64,000 bases of DNA from Bacteroidales bacterium (GTDB lineage: Bacteria > Bacteroidota > Bacteroidia > Bacteroidales > VadinHA17), in the NCBI GenBank assembly GCA_009877105.1, contig WXFD01000019.1, positions 9,355 through 73,354 of the forward strand. The letters run 5' to 3'. Positions 45,824-55,407 of the stretch are shown one piece after another; the first letter of the stretch is position 1; each line of letters starts with the position of its first letter. Below the pieces are notes generated by a model, which was given only the letters and a program-made list of their open reading frames with translations, made no database searches and was not told the DNA's origin. The translations under genes were made by a program, and so were the position numbers.

Positions 45824-46903
45824 ATGCCAACTCCGGGTGAAGACCTTCTCAGATGCCTCCGCAGGCAGGGTTTTGACAGGGTTCATATGGATTTTGTTTT
45901 CTGCCCGGCACAGATTGAGTCTTTCAGAAGACGTTTCGGGCATGAGGATTATGAGACATATTTTGGACTTAGCCACAGAAAAATTGAAATCCCCGTAAAG
46001 AAAAATTTTACTGACGGCAGAACACTATATCACAGGGAAGTCCTTCCGGAAGCCACCGTATTTGATGAGTACGGGATAGGACATTCAAAAGGCTCCGAAC
46101 TGGCATTCCATATGACAAGGATGCACCACCCCCTTTACGGCGCCGACATAAATGAGGTCATCAGTTACCCATACCCGGAAGTAGATAAATCACAACTGCC
46201 TGATTTCCTGAGTAAAATAAAGTCTATACACAAAGCCGGACTGGCCACCCTGGGATTTATGCAAATGACTGTTTTTGAAGCTTCATGGTATTTGCGGTCG
46301 ATGGAACAGCTAATGATGGATATGATGACTGAAAATGAGGCCGGCATAATCCTTCTCGATAAAATAACTGATTTTGCCTGCTCCAAGGCAAAAGCCTACG
46401 CTGAAGCCGGCATCCAGATACTTTCACTGGGAGATGACATTGGTACCCAGACTTCCCTTATGATGGATACAGCAACATGGGAGAAATGGCTTAAACCCCG
46501 GTTAAAAAAAGTTATTGACACTGCCAGGAAAATCAATCCGGATATACTGATCTTTTATCATTCCTGCGGTTATATCACACCATTCGTCGGAAGTCTAATT
46601 GGTACGGGTGTTGATATTATTAACCCCATACAACCTGAGTGTATGTCTTTTGATGAGGTGCATGAGATGTATGGAAGTATGGTGTCATTCTGGGGTACTC
46701 TTGGCACTCAGCAGCTCCTTCCCTATGGTTCCAGGGAGGAGGTCATGAAAACAGCTCTTGCAAGACTTGAAAAGTGCGGCAGATCAGGCGGAATAGTGAT
46801 TGGTCCCACTCATATGGTCGAGCCGGAGGTGCCATGGGAGAACCTGACAGCTATTGTTGACGCAGCCCGGGAGTTTGAAAAAGGAATCGGCATTTTATTA
46901 TGA
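45824..46903 (+). CDS. Uroporphyrinogen decarboxylase (URO-D) family protein (MtaA/CmuA-like fold; not HemE by context)
   Basis: 359 aa with DDIGTQTSLMM, FYHSCGYITPF...GVDIINPIQPECM, FWGTLGTQQLLPYGS and GGIVIGPTHMVEPEVPWEN, which follow the URO-D family pattern. Confidence 0.75.
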   Translation: MPTPGEDLLRCLRRQGFDRVHMDFVFCPAQIESFRRRFGHEDYETYFGLSHRKIEIPVKKNFTDGRTLYHREVLPEATVFDEYGIGHSKGSELAFHMTRMHHPLYGADINEVISYPYPEVDKSQLPDFLSKIKSIHKAGLATLGFMQMTVFEASWYLRSMEQLMMDMMTENEAGIILLDKITDFACSKAKAYAEAGIQILSLGDDIGTQTSLMMDTATWEKWLKPRLKKVIDTARKINPDILIFYHSCGYITPFVGSLIGTGVDIINPIQPECMSFDEVHEMYGSMVSFWGTLGTQQLLPYGSREEVMKTALARLEKCGRSGGIVIGPTHMVEPEVPWENLTAIVDAAREFEKGIGILL

Positions 46904-48468
46904 ATCTGTCCATTGCTGATATAACAGTTTTCTTTGTCTATTGTGCCCTGATTATCGGTACTGGTATATTGATCTCAAGGAAAGCGGGCAGAAGGAAGGA
47001 TTCCACCGGATATTTCATGGCAGGTAACACGCTGCCCTGGTATATTGTAGGCAGTTCCGTAATCGCTGCAAACATATCTGCCGAACAGTTTATCGGCATG
47101 TCAGGTTCAGGTTTTTCAATGGGACTGGCCATTGCTTCCTATGAGTGGCTCGCATCAATAATGCTGATAATGGTGGCATTGTGGTTCCTTCCTGTCTTTG
47201 TCCGGAAAAAAATTCTGACAATGCCTCAGTTCCTTGAACTTAGGTATAACAGGAGGATAAAAACAGTCCTGGCTGTTTTCTGGCTTTTGCTGTTTATCTT
47301 TGTGAACCTTACGTCGATACTTTATCTGGGTGCATTATCGATAAAAACGGTTATTGGAATAAAAATGGGGTATGCAATTGCCGGACTTGCCCTTTTTTCT
47401 TTGCTCCTCACCGTCGGAGGAGGACTCAGGACTATCGCCGGAACCGATATGATCCAGGTGGGTTTCCTTATTCTTGGAGGACTCATAACAACCTTTCTCG
47501 CCCTTAATGCTGTTTCAGATGGCGCAGGTGCTTTTGAGGGATTATCGCTGATGCTGGAAAAAGCTCCGGAAAAGTTTCATATGATACTGAGCAGGTCTGA
47601 TCCAAACTATAAATATATGCCTGGTATAAGATCTGTATTCGGCGGGATCTGGATTGCAGGAATATACTATTTCGGTGCAAACCAGTATATCATACAGAAA
47701 GCGCTTGGCGCTAAAAGTCTGAGGGAAGCTCAGAGGGGGATGGTGTTTGCCGCATATCTTAAGCTGCTGATACCAGTGCTTGTCGTGCTGCCAGGCATAG
47801 CTGCCTTTGTACTTAATGCTGATATAGCAAAACCGGATGAGGCGTACCCGTGGCTGCTTCATAAATTTGTGCCAAAAGGGATAAGGGGAATTGTTTTCGC
47901 CGCACTTATTGCTGCTATTGTCTCCTCACTTGCAGCAATAATCAACAGCGCTTCAACCATTTTTTCGATGGATATATATAAAGCTCATTTGAAAAAAAAC
48001 ACTTCTGATGCAGAAACGGTCCGGGCAGGGAAAATTGCCTGTCTTATAATCGTCGTTGTTGCATCCCTCCTGGCTTCAACACTCTCAGGGATAAACCAGG
48101 TTTTTCAGTTCATTCAGGAATACACCGGACTGGTAAGCCCCGGGATAACCGCATTGTTCGTTCTCGGTATCTTCTGGAAAAGGACCACTTCAAAAGCTGC
48201 CTGGATAGCAGTTCTTTTAACCTTCCCGGTACCACTTCTTGCCAAATGGATCTTCCCTTCCATGCCATTCCTCGACAACATGCTGCTGTCTTTTCTTATT
48301 ATAAGCCTGCAGATGATCTTAGTGTCGCTTGCAGACCGGAAGAAACCACATGATGAAAAGAAGTGGGAATTGCCTGAGAGAATCTTCAGGAATGATGATC
48401 CCGTTTTTAAATGGGCTTCACTGGTCATATTGCTTATTCTTTTTCTGCTCTATTACACTTTCTGGTAG
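46900..48468 (+). CDS. Sodium:solute symporter (SSS/SGLT) family transporter
   Basis: 522 aa, about 13-14 TM helices. Motifs include FMAGNTLPWYIVGSSVIAANISAEQFIGMSG. Its ATG overlaps the URO-D stop (ATGA). Confidence 0.9.
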   Translation: MNLSIADITVFFVYCALIIGTGILISRKAGRRKDSTGYFMAGNTLPWYIVGSSVIAANISAEQFIGMSGSGFSMGLAIASYEWLASIMLIMVALWFLPVFVRKKILTMPQFLELRYNRRIKTVLAVFWLLLFIFVNLTSILYLGALSIKTVIGIKMGYAIAGLALFSLLLTVGGGLRTIAGTDMIQVGFLILGGLITTFLALNAVSDGAGAFEGLSLMLEKAPEKFHMILSRSDPNYKYMPGIRSVFGGIWIAGIYYFGANQYIIQKALGAKSLREAQRGMVFAAYLKLLIPVLVVLPGIAAFVLNADIAKPDEAYPWLLHKFVPKGIRGIVFAALIAAIVSSLAAIINSASTIFSMDIYKAHLKKNTSDAETVRAGKIACLIIVVVASLLASTLSGINQVFQFIQEYTGLVSPGITALFVLGIFWKRTTSKAAWIAVLLTFPVPLLAKWIFPSMPFLDNMLLSFLIISLQMILVSLADRKKPHDEKKWELPERIFRNDDPVFKWASLVILLILFLLYYTFW

Positions 48469-48572
48469 ATCCGGCTGAAATAAAAATAAGTCACCTGAGA
48501 TCCGAACCTTTAATATGGAAAAATCAATAAACCCTAACTCATAATCCCGGAAACCTTTAAACCTTTAACCTC

Positions 48573-51539
48573 ATGAAAAGAAGCACTCTTCTGATTGTCA
48601 CCGGATTTATATTGATAAATTTATCCTGCAGGAATAGCAATGATCTTTTCGTCAGAGATGTCAGGCATCCGGTAATAAGCCTTGATGGAACATGGGATGT
48701 CTGTCTGGTTCCTTACGATACTGTCTTGAAGTGTGATCCCTCTTCCCTTAAATGGTATAAGGCAGAAGTGCCCGGGGAATGTATGATGCAGGGCATCCCC
48801 GTGATGCACGACAAGCCCTTTGTTTACATGATCCGTTTCTTCATCCCGGACGACTTCACGGATAAACTTGTAAAATTAAGGTTAGAAGGTGTATATAGCT
48901 ATTCAAGAGTTTGGGTCAATGGTAATTACATAGGTGACCATCAGGGCGGATTCACAGCATGGGATTGTGATATCACCCGGGCAGTCAATCCCGGTGAAGA
49001 GGCGGTTTTACATGTGGAAGTCACCGACAGGGCTGACGAAATATCCTATGCCAGCGGATATGCAAAACATCAGATCGGAGGTATATTGAGAAAAGTCAGC
49101 CTTCTTGCATTACCTGAAAACTTTCCTGAATCAGTTATCATAACCACCGACCTGGATGATAATTATGTTAATGCCATTCTAAAAGTGAGAGGAAGTACAA
49201 GATTAATCAGGAAGAATGGCGTAATATCAATAGAATTACGCGATCCTGATAACAGGAAAATTAAACTTAATAATCCTCACTTCAAACTTTCAGGCAGGGA
49301 TTTTACCATAACCAATAATATTGAAGCACCTCATAAATGGGAAGCAGAACATCCTGTGCTGTACAGGTTAACTATTGAATATTCAGAAAAGGGAAAGGTT
49401 GAATGGAGGAAAGATTATATGATTGGCTTCAGGGAAGTTGAAGTGGATGGCAACAGGCTTCTTGTTAATGGGAGGCAGGTAAAGCTAAGAGGTGCATGCC
49501 GTCATGATATTCATCCTATGAGGGGGAGAATGACCACTCCGGAATATGACCTTAAGGACGTACTCCTGGCAAAAGAAGCCAATATGAACTTTATAAGAAC
49601 ATCACACTACCCGCCAGTTGAAAATTTCCTGAACCTTTGCGACAGGTACGGATTGTTTGTTGAAGATGAAACAGCAGTGTGTTTTGTCGGATCCCACCGG
49701 ACATCTGATTACTATCCGGGTTCAACTGAAAATTCCGCGGAATTTACAGACAGGTATTTGTCACAGTTACAGGAAATGGTTAACAATCATCGTAACCATC
49801 CCTCTGTGATAATATGGTCGATTGGTAACGAAAACCGGTTCGGAAGCAACTTTAAAAGATCATACGACTGGGTTAAAGTCAACGATCCTACCAGGCCAGT
49901 AATTTACAGCTATCCGGGACTTGTCCCCGACAGTATTAGCGCGTATGATATCATCAGCATGCATTATCCCGGAATAAATGGTGATATGGATCAATACGGA
50001 ATGAAAACAAGCGGTTTCGGACACGAAAAAATGCCTGTGCTGTTCGATGAATGGGCTCACGTCCCGTGCTATAATATTGAAACGGTCCGGGAAGATCCTA
50101 ATATACGTGATTTCTGGGGAATGAGCCTTGATTCCATGTGGCAGAAGACCTACGATTCAGATGGTGGACTGGGGGGTGCCATATGGGGAATGATAGATGA
50201 AACATTCATGCTTCCAGCCGACCTGCCAGGATTTTCCCGGTTATGGGGGAAAATTGATGAAAATGTGATTCCGGGAAAGTTTGCCGGGCCAACCGTTGGT
50301 TACGGAGAATGGGGGATTGTCGATACCTGGCGCCGTAAAAAGCCTGAGTTCTGGAGTGTGAAAAAGGCTTATTCTCCGGTGCGTTTATTGAAAACAAGCG
50401 GGTATGAATTTGTTCCGGGGAAAACCATAAAATTACCGGTGTATAACCGCCATGATTTCACAAATCTTGAAGAACTTGAAATGAAGCTTACCCTTAACGG
50501 TAAAAACCACATGATAAAATTGCCAGATGTTGCTCCTCATTCTAAAGGCAACATCAAGGTAAAAATTGACGAAAAACCTTCAAATGATGTCATCCTTGTT
50601 GAATTTATCAACAGGGAAGGCAATCTTGTCGATTCATATAAACTTGCGGGACAGGTCAGTCCCGCCACACCTGATAGAAAATCAGGAACAGCAAAAGCCG
50701 GTTTTGAGGAGAATGGGAATGAATATCTGATAAAATGCAATAATCTGGTTATCGGTATAAATAAATCTACAGGTCTTATAAGTCATTTCATGAATAATTC
50801 CGGAAAGTGGAACCTCGCAGGGCCTTTTATGAATGTAAGGCTGATGGTGAAGAGCGGACACAATCAGCAGGATTCCATAAAAAATCTGTGCCGGGATTGG
50901 ACCCTCGTCTCAATGGAGATACAAGAGGCGGGCGAAGATGTTCTGGTTATTGCTGATGGGAAATACAGAACTGGAATAAAGGCTGCTTTTGACATGCTGA
51001 TCAGTTGCAATGGGGAGATTAGGATTGGTTACACGACACAAGGCCTTCCGGAAGGTTTGATAAGAGAGGTTGGAATCGGCTTTGGAACTGATTATGGGAA
51101 CTTTGATACCCTGTATTGGAACAGAGATACCTATTGGGCGGGATATCCTGAAAACCATCTGTCGGCTCCTGCAGGAAGAGTTCCATTGTTTATTACCGGC
51201 AATAATACCTACAGAACTGTTCCCGATAAGGACTGGCAATATGACAAAAAGAGTTTCTTTTATGACGGGATGGATGATGAGACGGACCATCAGCTTGTTA
51301 ACATTGCCAGATCGACGAAGGAGAATATCAACGAATATTGTCTCAGTTCCAAAACAGGAACAAAAATCAAAGTTCATGGAGATGGTCACAAATCATGCAG
51401 GATCTTGATAACCGGAAATTCACTGCAATTAATGATCAGCGAGCTCGTTGACTATCCGGATATCAGCTGGGGTAATTATTCAAGGAATTATCAGATAAGG
51501 GATTTGTTTTCGGGCCAGGCTTTATTGACTCTGCGCTGA
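48573..51539 (+). CDS. Glycoside hydrolase family 2 (beta-galactosidase-like, with C-terminal domain-5-type module)
   Basis: 988 aa with a signal peptide and a sugar-binding domain (YSYSRVWVNGNYIGDHQGGFTAWDCDIT). The TIM barrel has NFIRTSHYPP and WSIGNE (acid/base), with DEWAH as nucleophile-region candidate. Confidence 0.85.
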   Translation: MKRSTLLIVTGFILINLSCRNSNDLFVRDVRHPVISLDGTWDVCLVPYDTVLKCDPSSLKWYKAEVPGECMMQGIPVMHDKPFVYMIRFFIPDDFTDKLVKLRLEGVYSYSRVWVNGNYIGDHQGGFTAWDCDITRAVNPGEEAVLHVEVTDRADEISYASGYAKHQIGGILRKVSLLALPENFPESVIITTDLDDNYVNAILKVRGSTRLIRKNGVISIELRDPDNRKIKLNNPHFKLSGRDFTITNNIEAPHKWEAEHPVLYRLTIEYSEKGKVEWRKDYMIGFREVEVDGNRLLVNGRQVKLRGACRHDIHPMRGRMTTPEYDLKDVLLAKEANMNFIRTSHYPPVENFLNLCDRYGLFVEDETAVCFVGSHRTSDYYPGSTENSAEFTDRYLSQLQEMVNNHRNHPSVIIWSIGNENRFGSNFKRSYDWVKVNDPTRPVIYSYPGLVPDSISAYDIISMHYPGINGDMDQYGMKTSGFGHEKMPVLFDEWAHVPCYNIETVREDPNIRDFWGMSLDSMWQKTYDSDGGLGGAIWGMIDETFMLPADLPGFSRLWGKIDENVIPGKFAGPTVGYGEWGIVDTWRRKKPEFWSVKKAYSPVRLLKTSGYEFVPGKTIKLPVYNRHDFTNLEELEMKLTLNGKNHMIKLPDVAPHSKGNIKVKIDEKPSNDVILVEFINREGNLVDSYKLAGQVSPATPDRKSGTAKAGFEENGNEYLIKCNNLVIGINKSTGLISHFMNNSGKWNLAGPFMNVRLMVKSGHNQQDSIKNLCRDWTLVSMEIQEAGEDVLVIADGKYRTGIKAAFDMLISCNGEIRIGYTTQGLPEGLIREVGIGFGTDYGNFDTLYWNRDTYWAGYPENHLSAPAGRVPLFITGNNTYRTVPDKDWQYDKKSFFYDGMDDETDHQLVNIARSTKENINEYCLSSKTGTKIKVHGDGHKSCRILITGNSLQLMISELVDYPDISWGNYSRNYQIRDLFSGQALLTLR

Positions 51540-51921
51540 GTCCAGTACTTTAAATTAAAAACACTGATTATCAGGCCGTTATACATCAATGCCTATATTG
51601 ATATATGTCATTTATTTAATTGATATATAGCAATGAACCCAATATTTTATATCAAAAAACGGATGATATGATTCAATCCAAATGGTGATAAATATAGACT
51701 TCTTAAGGTCAGACTACCTGTTAATCAATTCTCAGGGCCTCCCGTTGTGATCAAGATGTAAAATAAGTGCAAGGGGTTTTGAAAAATCCCTGCCGAATGC
51801 TCTTACCTGTGTCTCGTCGCGACGGAAATTATAACCCCAGGCTGTCAGATTTTTTCAATCCACAGATCTGCTTCCTCAAGTGTGGACAGCGAATGATCCG
51901 GCAGCATCGTTAACAGCCGTC

Positions 51922-54066
51922 TCATCCTTCTCTTGATATGACATACCATAGTGTCTTATATTGAGAACCTATTCCGAAGGATAGATTTTTGCCTTTCCTG
52001 GTGACAGGGATTTCATCCCCGGGATTCCTGTATGCATCGAGCGGCCGGATTTTAAAATTATCCATATTGCTGAAAGTAAATTTTGCAGGGATACCTTCCA
52101 CCCGGGTCGGGGCATTCCCCCAGTTCTCTCCCAGGCTTGTTTTGTTTTCATTCCATTGCCAGTCAGTGTTTTCAGCTTTTCCTGCGGCTACGAGAAGTAT
52201 CCTGGATGATTTTTCAATGGGTTTTGCGTCGAGGGAAGTCAGGGTAATGGCAGCCCAGTTCCCCGGGATTGAATTCATTTCTATTGCTACATTGCCAAGC
52301 TCAATTCTTCTGCCGCCAATATACCCTATGGCACCTTTTGCGGTTGGAGCATCGATCCTGAATACAGCCCTGGTTGAATCAGTATTGTCCCACTTTAATT
52401 CTCCTGTCCCGCTTATCCATTCCCCGGCTGGCTTAGCAACTGGTTCCGACAATTTCAGTTCATTCCCGCCGATCCTGACATTCATCGGGCGCAGGGTAAT
52501 AAGAGCAGCCGGCGCTCCGGCTTCTTCCCATATATATCTCATATTGGAAACGTGGAGCCTTAGTTTATCGCCATACTTCACAAGATTTCCAACCACAGCT
52601 TCCTCAGGAAGACTGAGCTGAACCGGATCCTGTCCCGGACTCACGGCCCCCATACGGAACAAAACAGCTCCGACGGGGACGAAGACCTGTTTCAGGGGAT
52701 GACCGGCATTTGAGAAGAAATTGGCAATACGGCCCTTGTCATAAGGCTGATCAAATGTGAAATGATAAATACCGTCAAAATCCTGGAAAGCTGAAACAGC
52801 ATTGAGCATCGGGAACATTTCAGCACAAAAGAATGAGGGAGCCGGATGATCATATTCGCTTATGGTTAGCGGCATTCCTTCAACCCTGTGCATGGCAAAG
52901 TTATTAAGGGTGCCTCCTCTCTTGTCGGATACCATCGATGAGTTCCTTATCAGCCAGTCAGTCGGCGACCAGCTTCTTCCCGGAAAAGAAGGGTGCTCCC
53001 AATAGGCATGCATGTCAATGAAATCGGCAACCACAGCTTCTCTTTTTACTCCTGCAACCCCACTGTAGTAAGCCTGGGTTTCAGACAGCAATGCCTTGAT
53101 CTTGAGTTCATTTCTGAAAAAGTCGGCCATCTCCACGGCATAAGCCATTTCAGTATCGAAAAGGAAGCTCCACATCATCTCTTTTGCAGTTTCCGTTGAA
53201 CCGGTTCCATAGTTTGTGATTATTGACATCAGGTCTGCGCTGAAACCATCCCTGTGTCTGAGCCCGGGCTTAGAACTTAGCCAGACCCTCCATTGTTTCA
53301 GCAATTCAGCCTTGTGAACATTGTTAAGTTTCGGCAGCAGCGCCCAGTTTGACAGCAGGGAATTTTCGTTGTTTATCTCAACGAAAGCAACTGCCGGCTC
53401 CTCGCAGTACGTTTTTCCGGTATAGGGATTGCGATGCGTAAGGAGTTTCCTTGCATATTCCTTCTGCATTTCAATGTACGGGGGGTAAAACTGGTCGATC
53501 GACTTACCGAAATTGAACTGTTCAACATCCTCATACTGAGCCCCCGGATATGTAAATGACACGTGCGTGTTAATGTTGCTGTATATTCCGTGAATCTTAA
53601 GCTGATAGATCAGCCAGTCAAGCCTGTCAAGCTGATCCGGATCGAGATCTTTTTTATCCTTGTCCCATATACCTTGTGGTGTTGAATGGTAATCCATATG
53701 ATGGAACCGTACCACATTCATGCCCAGGACTTTTAATCTTCCTGCCACATTTTTTGCCGTCTCTTTGTCGGGAAAACATGACGAGAATGTCAGGTTGGTT
53801 CCGAAAAATCTTATCCTGTTCCCGTTTCCATCCGCAAAATGGCCGTCTTTCAGGGTTACATAACCGGAACCCCCGGCAACCTTTTCATTCAGGAACGACA
53901 TGTCAACCGCCATGCTGAGCGTGTCGGAATCGGGTATGACAAATTCAAACCAGCCGTATTCACCGGGTGCGTCAGTCTTATCACGGCATGATATGGCAAA
54001 CATAAGGACAAATGCAGCTATTGCTATCAGCGATGAGCGGAGAAATCCTGTATTTTCCGGTTTCAT
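51922..54066 (-). CDS. Lipoprotein, putative clan GH-A (GH5-like) glycoside hydrolase with large C-terminal beta-rich region
   Basis: ~714 aa from the ATG at 54066 (MKPENTG...FAISC lipobox). GNRIRFFGTNLTFSSCFPDKETAKNVAGRLKVLGMNVVRFHHMD and INNENS resemble GH5-type TIM-barrel starts. The listed start at 54126 adds 20 residues and would overlap the upstream gene. Confidence 0.45.
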   Translation of the reverse strand: MKPENTGFLRSSLIAIAAFVLMFAISCRDKTDAPGEYGWFEFVIPDSDTLSMAVDMSFLNEKVAGGSGYVTLKDGHFADGNGNRIRFFGTNLTFSSCFPDKETAKNVAGRLKVLGMNVVRFHHMDYHSTPQGIWDKDKKDLDPDQLDRLDWLIYQLKIHGIYSNINTHVSFTYPGAQYEDVEQFNFGKSIDQFYPPYIEMQKEYARKLLTHRNPYTGKTYCEEPAVAFVEINNENSLLSNWALLPKLNNVHKAELLKQWRVWLSSKPGLRHRDGFSADLMSIITNYGTGSTETAKEMMWSFLFDTEMAYAVEMADFFRNELKIKALLSETQAYYSGVAGVKREAVVADFIDMHAYWEHPSFPGRSWSPTDWLIRNSSMVSDKRGGTLNNFAMHRVEGMPLTISEYDHPAPSFFCAEMFPMLNAVSAFQDFDGIYHFTFDQPYDKGRIANFFSNAGHPLKQVFVPVGAVLFRMGAVSPGQDPVQLSLPEEAVVGNLVKYGDKLRLHVSNMRYIWEEAGAPAALITLRPMNVRIGGNELKLSEPVAKPAGEWISGTGELKWDNTDSTRAVFRIDAPTAKGAIGYIGGRRIELGNVAIEMNSIPGNWAAITLTSLDAKPIEKSSRILLVAAGKAENTDWQWNENKTSLGENWGNAPTRVEGIPAKFTFSNMDNFKIRPLDAYRNPGDEIPVTRKGKNLSFGIGSQYKTLWYVISREG

Positions 54067-54122
54067 GGTTTTGGGAGCAATAAAGTGATTAATACTTGTT
54101 AAAACTAAGAAAATTCTATTGG

Positions 54123-55208
54123 TCAATTTAACGGCTTCAATGATTCTTTTGCTGTTTCCATCCTTACCGGATCTTTTTCGAACAGGGGCCAGGAGAAAAA
54201 CACAACGCCGAGCGAGGGCGGTTTAAGGGCTTCATTAAGGCACTCCCTGAAGTCATCCGGGGTAAAGGAGTCGTCAATATATTCGGCGAATACCTGGATA
54301 CTGGGCAGCACCTGTCCCGGACACCGGCGGTCCATATCCTGTACAACACTGGCTATCCATCGGGCATCCTGCCTTAGCATCTGCGAGTAGCACATCGGGG
54401 AGACGTAATCAGTCAGAGGGCTGATCGCCTCAAGATCCTGAGCGGCAACATGGATCCCGGCACCACCGAAATCGCTTTCCCTCCATGGCACTGCATGCAC
54501 GTTGATTTTAACATCCGGTTTTATGCTCCTGGCCGCATCAGCCAGTTCTTTTACCATTGAGGTAATCAGGTCGCATCTGAATGTATCCCAGCTTTTTCCA
54601 TGGGAATTCAGAATAAAAGCAGCCTTACCTGCAGTTGTAGCACATGAATCCGGCAACCGGAGATTATTTTCTCCCAGGAACCTGGAAATACAGCTGTCGC
54701 AATAGCATGCGCTCGCAATGGTTTGGGGATCACGATCGGGATAGATCATCTCCCAGTACACAAACTGACGGATGAAATCAATGCTCACCCCGTCGGGATC
54801 CAGTTCCTTCATCAAATGCATCAGTTCCTCAGCCCTTCCTTTTCTGAATAATGATCGTGACGGACACACGAAATTCACCCAGTCTTCCCTTGCAATGCTG
54901 CCGTCATTTCTTATTGAATACATGGAACTGTCAGCTTGAAGGATTTCAGGATCCTGAAAAACGGGAAAGATTATGTAGACCCTGATATTGTTTTCTGACA
55001 GGAGTTTTCTGAAGCTCTTGTCGGAAGCAAGAGAGATACTTATAAAACAGGTATTTATCCCCATGTCTTTCCATTTTGATACCAGGCCGGCATAATCCCC
55101 ATTGTAATCATACAGCTTTATGCCAATTATCCTGTGGTCTTCCTTTAAACTGCAGGCCTGGAGAAGACAGAAAGCAACCAGTATTAATATGAATCTGAAT
55201 CGTTGCAT
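54123..55208 (-). CDS. Lipoprotein, putative glycoside-hydrolase-like (GHL/DUF4015-type) TIM-barrel protein
   Basis: 361 aa with lipobox LLQAC. DPDGVSIDFIRQF resembles the D-Y/F-I-R motif of GH-like families 10/13. The call is weak and rests on motifs only. Confidence 0.35.
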   Translation of the reverse strand: MQRFRFILILVAFCLLQACSLKEDHRIIGIKLYDYNGDYAGLVSKWKDMGINTCFISISLASDKSFRKLLSENNIRVYIIFPVFQDPEILQADSSMYSIRNDGSIAREDWVNFVCPSRSLFRKGRAEELMHLMKELDPDGVSIDFIRQFVYWEMIYPDRDPQTIASACYCDSCISRFLGENNLRLPDSCATTAGKAAFILNSHGKSWDTFRCDLITSMVKELADAARSIKPDVKINVHAVPWRESDFGGAGIHVAAQDLEAISPLTDYVSPMCYSQMLRQDARWIASVVQDMDRRCPGQVLPSIQVFAEYIDDSFTPDDFRECLNEALKPPSLGVVFFSWPLFEKDPVRMETAKESLKPLN

Positions 55209-55407
55209 ACGTTTGAAGACTTAATTATCACTAAAAATAGCCATTTTTTACATGTGCCTGTTTTACAGGTATCAGTTGCAGGGTGAAGCTATGAAAAATT
55301 AACAAAAATTAACACAATGGCTGACAATGATTTTTGCAACCCGTCAAATTGAAATCAATAAAATATTACTTTAGCTTCTCTCTATAACCTGTTTTACCTT
55401 TTCCACA

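Noticed and set aside
51989-52621. 210-aa plus-strand ORF
   Set aside because: It lies antisense to the 3' part of the GH5-like gene. It is Ser/Pro/Phe-rich with no motif, so it is a shadow ORF. The same reasoning applies to 20422..21036, 20903..21403, 57292..57825 and the other nested ORFs in the track.
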